Assembly: GCA_963662435.1 (NCBI GenBank)
Contig: OY759598.1
Span: forward strand, 3,442,507-3,506,506
Direction: 5' to 3'
DNA from: Dehalococcoidia bacterium
Lineage (GTDB): Bacteria > Chloroflexota > Dehalococcoidia > Lucifugimonadales > VXLM01
Length of the DNA stretch: 64,000 nt
In this document: one piece after another, positions 62,126-64,000 of the stretch
Numbering within the stretch: the first letter of the stretch is position 1
Layout of the letters: each line of letters begins with the position of its first letter
Notes under the pieces: generated by a model
Database searches by the model: none
What the model was told of the DNA's origin: nothing
Seen by the model: only the letters and a program-made list of their open reading frames with translations
Made by a program: the position numbers and the translations under genes

Positions 62126-62725
62126 CTACTCTAACGGTGTAATGGCCACTGTCTGGAATCGACCATAGTGCCCCGACTTGCTTGGACGCCAGTCGCCGAG
62201 TCCTATACGCCTTCCTCCAATATCCAACCATGCAGCCAGTTGCTCCGCATCAACGAGTTCAGGGTCCGTATCAAGTGTGAGTACACACGACCATGGTTCG
62301 TCGAACTTCGCTCGTGTACGGAGTATTCGATTGCGTTGCACTACGACCGGTACTGTAAACTGACAAGTGCGTCCCAGTTTTTCAATAGACGTACCGTACC
62401 GGTCTCTATCGTACTCAAACGTTGAACCCGTGACTATGAGACCCTCGCGGACTTGTGGCCCTTGCTTAAGCTTGCGGGCGGATTCCTCGATCATTGCCCT
62501 AATAGCTTCCTTCGGGATTTCAGGCGCTCTGTCCTCGTCGAGCCAGAGGGAAACCTGACATTCGAGTTCCGCGAGTCGGGCGTCGTCGGCGACGGTACGG
62601 TTGGAACCCCTCTTTCGGCTGATCTCCGCAATCTCGAGCTTTGCAGCGGAACGGGTGTCGAGTCCGGACGCTCCGTTACGCATAATGATGGGGCTGACAC
62701 CTTCGATTCTGATTTCATAATCCAT
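62126..62725 (-). CDS. Stand-alone Cas7/RAMP-like protein (199 aa), Vipr-like
   Basis: N-terminal strand YEIRIEGVSPIIM, PEIPKEAIRAMI, and C-terminal glycine-rich loop IGLGDWRPSKSGHYGRF; GGAGG RBS. Confidence 0.7.
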   Translation of the reverse strand: MDYEIRIEGVSPIIMRNGASGLDTRSAAKLEIAEISRKRGSNRTVADDARLAELECQVSLWLDEDRAPEIPKEAIRAMIEESARKLKQGPQVREGLIVTGSTFEYDRDRYGTSIEKLGRTCQFTVPVVVQRNRILRTRAKFDEPWSCVLTLDTDPELVDAEQLAAWLDIGGRRIGLGDWRPSKSGHYGRFQTVAITPLE

Positions 62726-62997
62726 TCCGATAGTGCCTCCAGCCACTGTGATTTTGCCTCGAACCTGTCGCCACCTGCCCGTGTGAATCGCCGCAGTTCC
62801 GTTGCGATTGAGTGGCATGTGGGGCAAAGCGCGGTAAGATCGTTCGCCGTCACGTTGGTTCCACTTGGGTAGTTGGTTGCCCAGTGGTGTCCTTCGGCGG
62901 CGTCCTCTTGGCCGCAGAACTGGCAGATGCCGTTGCTCCGAGCAAGTGCGGCGGCCCGCGCCTGCGGAAAGTCCCCGCCGTAAACGTCGTCGCTCAT
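62491..62997 (-). CDS. HNH endonuclease-like protein; its tail overlaps the RAMP-like gene
   Basis: CQFC...EGHH...DLTALCPTCH; AAGGGAG RBS before the ATG at 62997. Confidence 0.7.
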   Translation of the reverse strand: MSDDVYGGDFPQARAAALARSNGICQFCGQEDAAEGHHWATNYPSGTNVTANDLTALCPTCHSIATELRRFTRAGGDRFEAKSQWLEALSEWIMKSESKVSAPSLCVTERPDSTPVPLQSSRLRRSAERGVPTVPSPTTPDSRNSNVRFPSGSTRTERLKSRRKLLGQ

Positions 62998-63210
62998 ATA
63001 AGCTCCCTTGCTTTCACCATCAAATCCCTGCTGGGGTCGCGCGGCGGTGCGTCCAGTCTTCAACGGATAGTCTATCAGAATGGATGGTCTTCAAGGCGTG
63101 GAAGTCCGGTGGGGCTTGTCGGCAGCGCTTATAGGCGTTGGTGGAGGATTCGAGATGGTCTATGTGGCGTGTTCGCGGAGGTGTTCCTCAGGGTAGAAAG
63201 GGCCGTTTCG

Positions 63211-63240
63211 TGGGACATTTTGGGACATTTTGGGACTTTT
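63211..63240. repeat. 10-bp tandem repeat, 3 copies (tgggacattt)
   Basis: Seen directly; the reverse complement resembles aaaatgtcacaaaatgccac at about 24765. Confidence 0.7.
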
Positions 63241-63291
63241 CTATGTGTGTCGTCAGGGCACGGTGAGATATTTGTCCGCAGACGTGTGGTT

Positions 63292-63320
63292 ATGATAGAT
63301 CATATGTACGTATCGGTCAA
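63292..63320 (-). promoter_or_regulatory. Sigma-70-type promoter with a LexA-like box, facing the HNH-RAMP-array island
   Basis: Minus strand TTGACC-17 bp-TATCAT with GTAC-ATAT-GATC in the spacer. Confidence 0.6.
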
Positions 63321-63400
63321 ATGCGATTGGAGAGGCCGATGACCCTTCGACAAGCTCAGGATGAACGAGATACTCTTCGACACCCTCTCAGCCAAAACAG

Positions 63401-64000
63401 TCATTCGACTCTCAAACGAGCGAATCGGCAGTGGGTGACTGAGGCCTGCGTGCACCACCAGCTAGCGATCAGGGTTCCGTCTTGCATTCGCGCGAGGTTG
63501 GGCTTGCCGAACGCGATGTTGTCGTGGCTCTTGGGATATTCGGGTATACGGCCCACTCCGAGGTACTCCTGGCCTACGGCATCCCATACCTGAACCTGGT
63601 TTTCGACATCCCAAGTCCTGCCCTCGTCGTCGGACAGAACGACGTTGATGCCGGGGTTCATGCCCTCGCGGTCGGTGTAGGCCGCTGCGATCAGGCCGTC
63701 GCCGAGGTCGGCGATCCAGCAGGTCTGTGCCATGAGGTTGGTGGGGGCCGGGTAGCTCCACGCGCTTACGTCAGCGTTTGAAATCGTTATGTGGGCGGCG
63801 AAGTCCTCGGCCGAGCCCGGTTTCTGAGTCCACTGGAGCGCACCGACCCTGCCGTCGAGCATCTTCACGTAGCGGCTGTGCGAGAACATCTTGCCGCTGT
63901 TGGACGCGCTCTCGAACGGAATGGCGTCCGACCAGGTCTCGCCACGGTCGTCGGAGAAGGTCGAGTAGCCCTTGATGTGGAGCGGGCCCGTGTCGTCCCA
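63401..64000 (-). CDS. Sialidase/BNR-repeat protein, C-terminal part (5' end outside the window)
   Basis: Asp-box SDDEGRTW; IAFGKP...WWCT...THCR C-terminus shared with 17149-18243. Confidence 0.82.
   Translation of the reverse strand, partial: WDDTGPLHIKGYSTFSDDRGETWSDAIPFESASNSGKMFSHSRYVKMLDGRVGALQWTQKPGSAEDFAAHITISNADVSAWSYPAPTNLMAQTCWIADLGDGLIAAAYTDREGMNPGINVVLSDDEGRTWDVENQVQVWDAVGQEYLGVGRIPEYPKSHDNIAFGKPNLARMQDGTLIASWWCTQASVTHCRFARLRVE

Noticed and set aside
61908..62168. 86-aa plus-strand ORF (MKPTTPCLAVPYRAKP...)
   Set aside because: A by-product of the 5-nt periodicity; hairpin wobble pairing and gene orientation favour a minus-strand non-coding RNA

Overview
A GC-rich bacterial chromosomal segment. 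The gene repertoire (expanded DHDPS, SDR, Gfo/Idh/MocA, sulfatase, sialidase and PhyH paralogs) and the dense intergenic palindromic repeats suggest Chloroflexota, possibly a SAR202-like lineage; this is inference only. Housekeeping genes (gyrB, ilvD, purN, rsmG, a leuB with an internal amber stop) sit among catabolic enzymes, transporters, three toxin-antitoxin modules and an intact IS5 that splits an oxygenase gene. The standout is a small minus-strand island at about 61.85-63.33 kb. It has an SOS-type promoter, an HNH nuclease ORF and a stand-alone 199-aa Cas7/RAMP-like protein. Directly after that gene's stop codon are two non-coding units, each 14 GGY-NN pentamers ending in a conserved 38-nt hairpin. 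There is no CRISPR array or cas1/cas2 in the window. This looks like a CRISPR-independent RNA-guided system in which the variable dinucleotides encode the target (VIPR-like). Other highlights: two tandem UxxC selenoprotein redoxins with SECIS-like hairpins, a TPP riboswitch controlling a solute symporter, repeated duplication of a gene 3' end around inserted cassettes, and an intergenic repeat absorbed into the purN coding sequence. All family assignments come from motif recognition by eye; no database searches were run.
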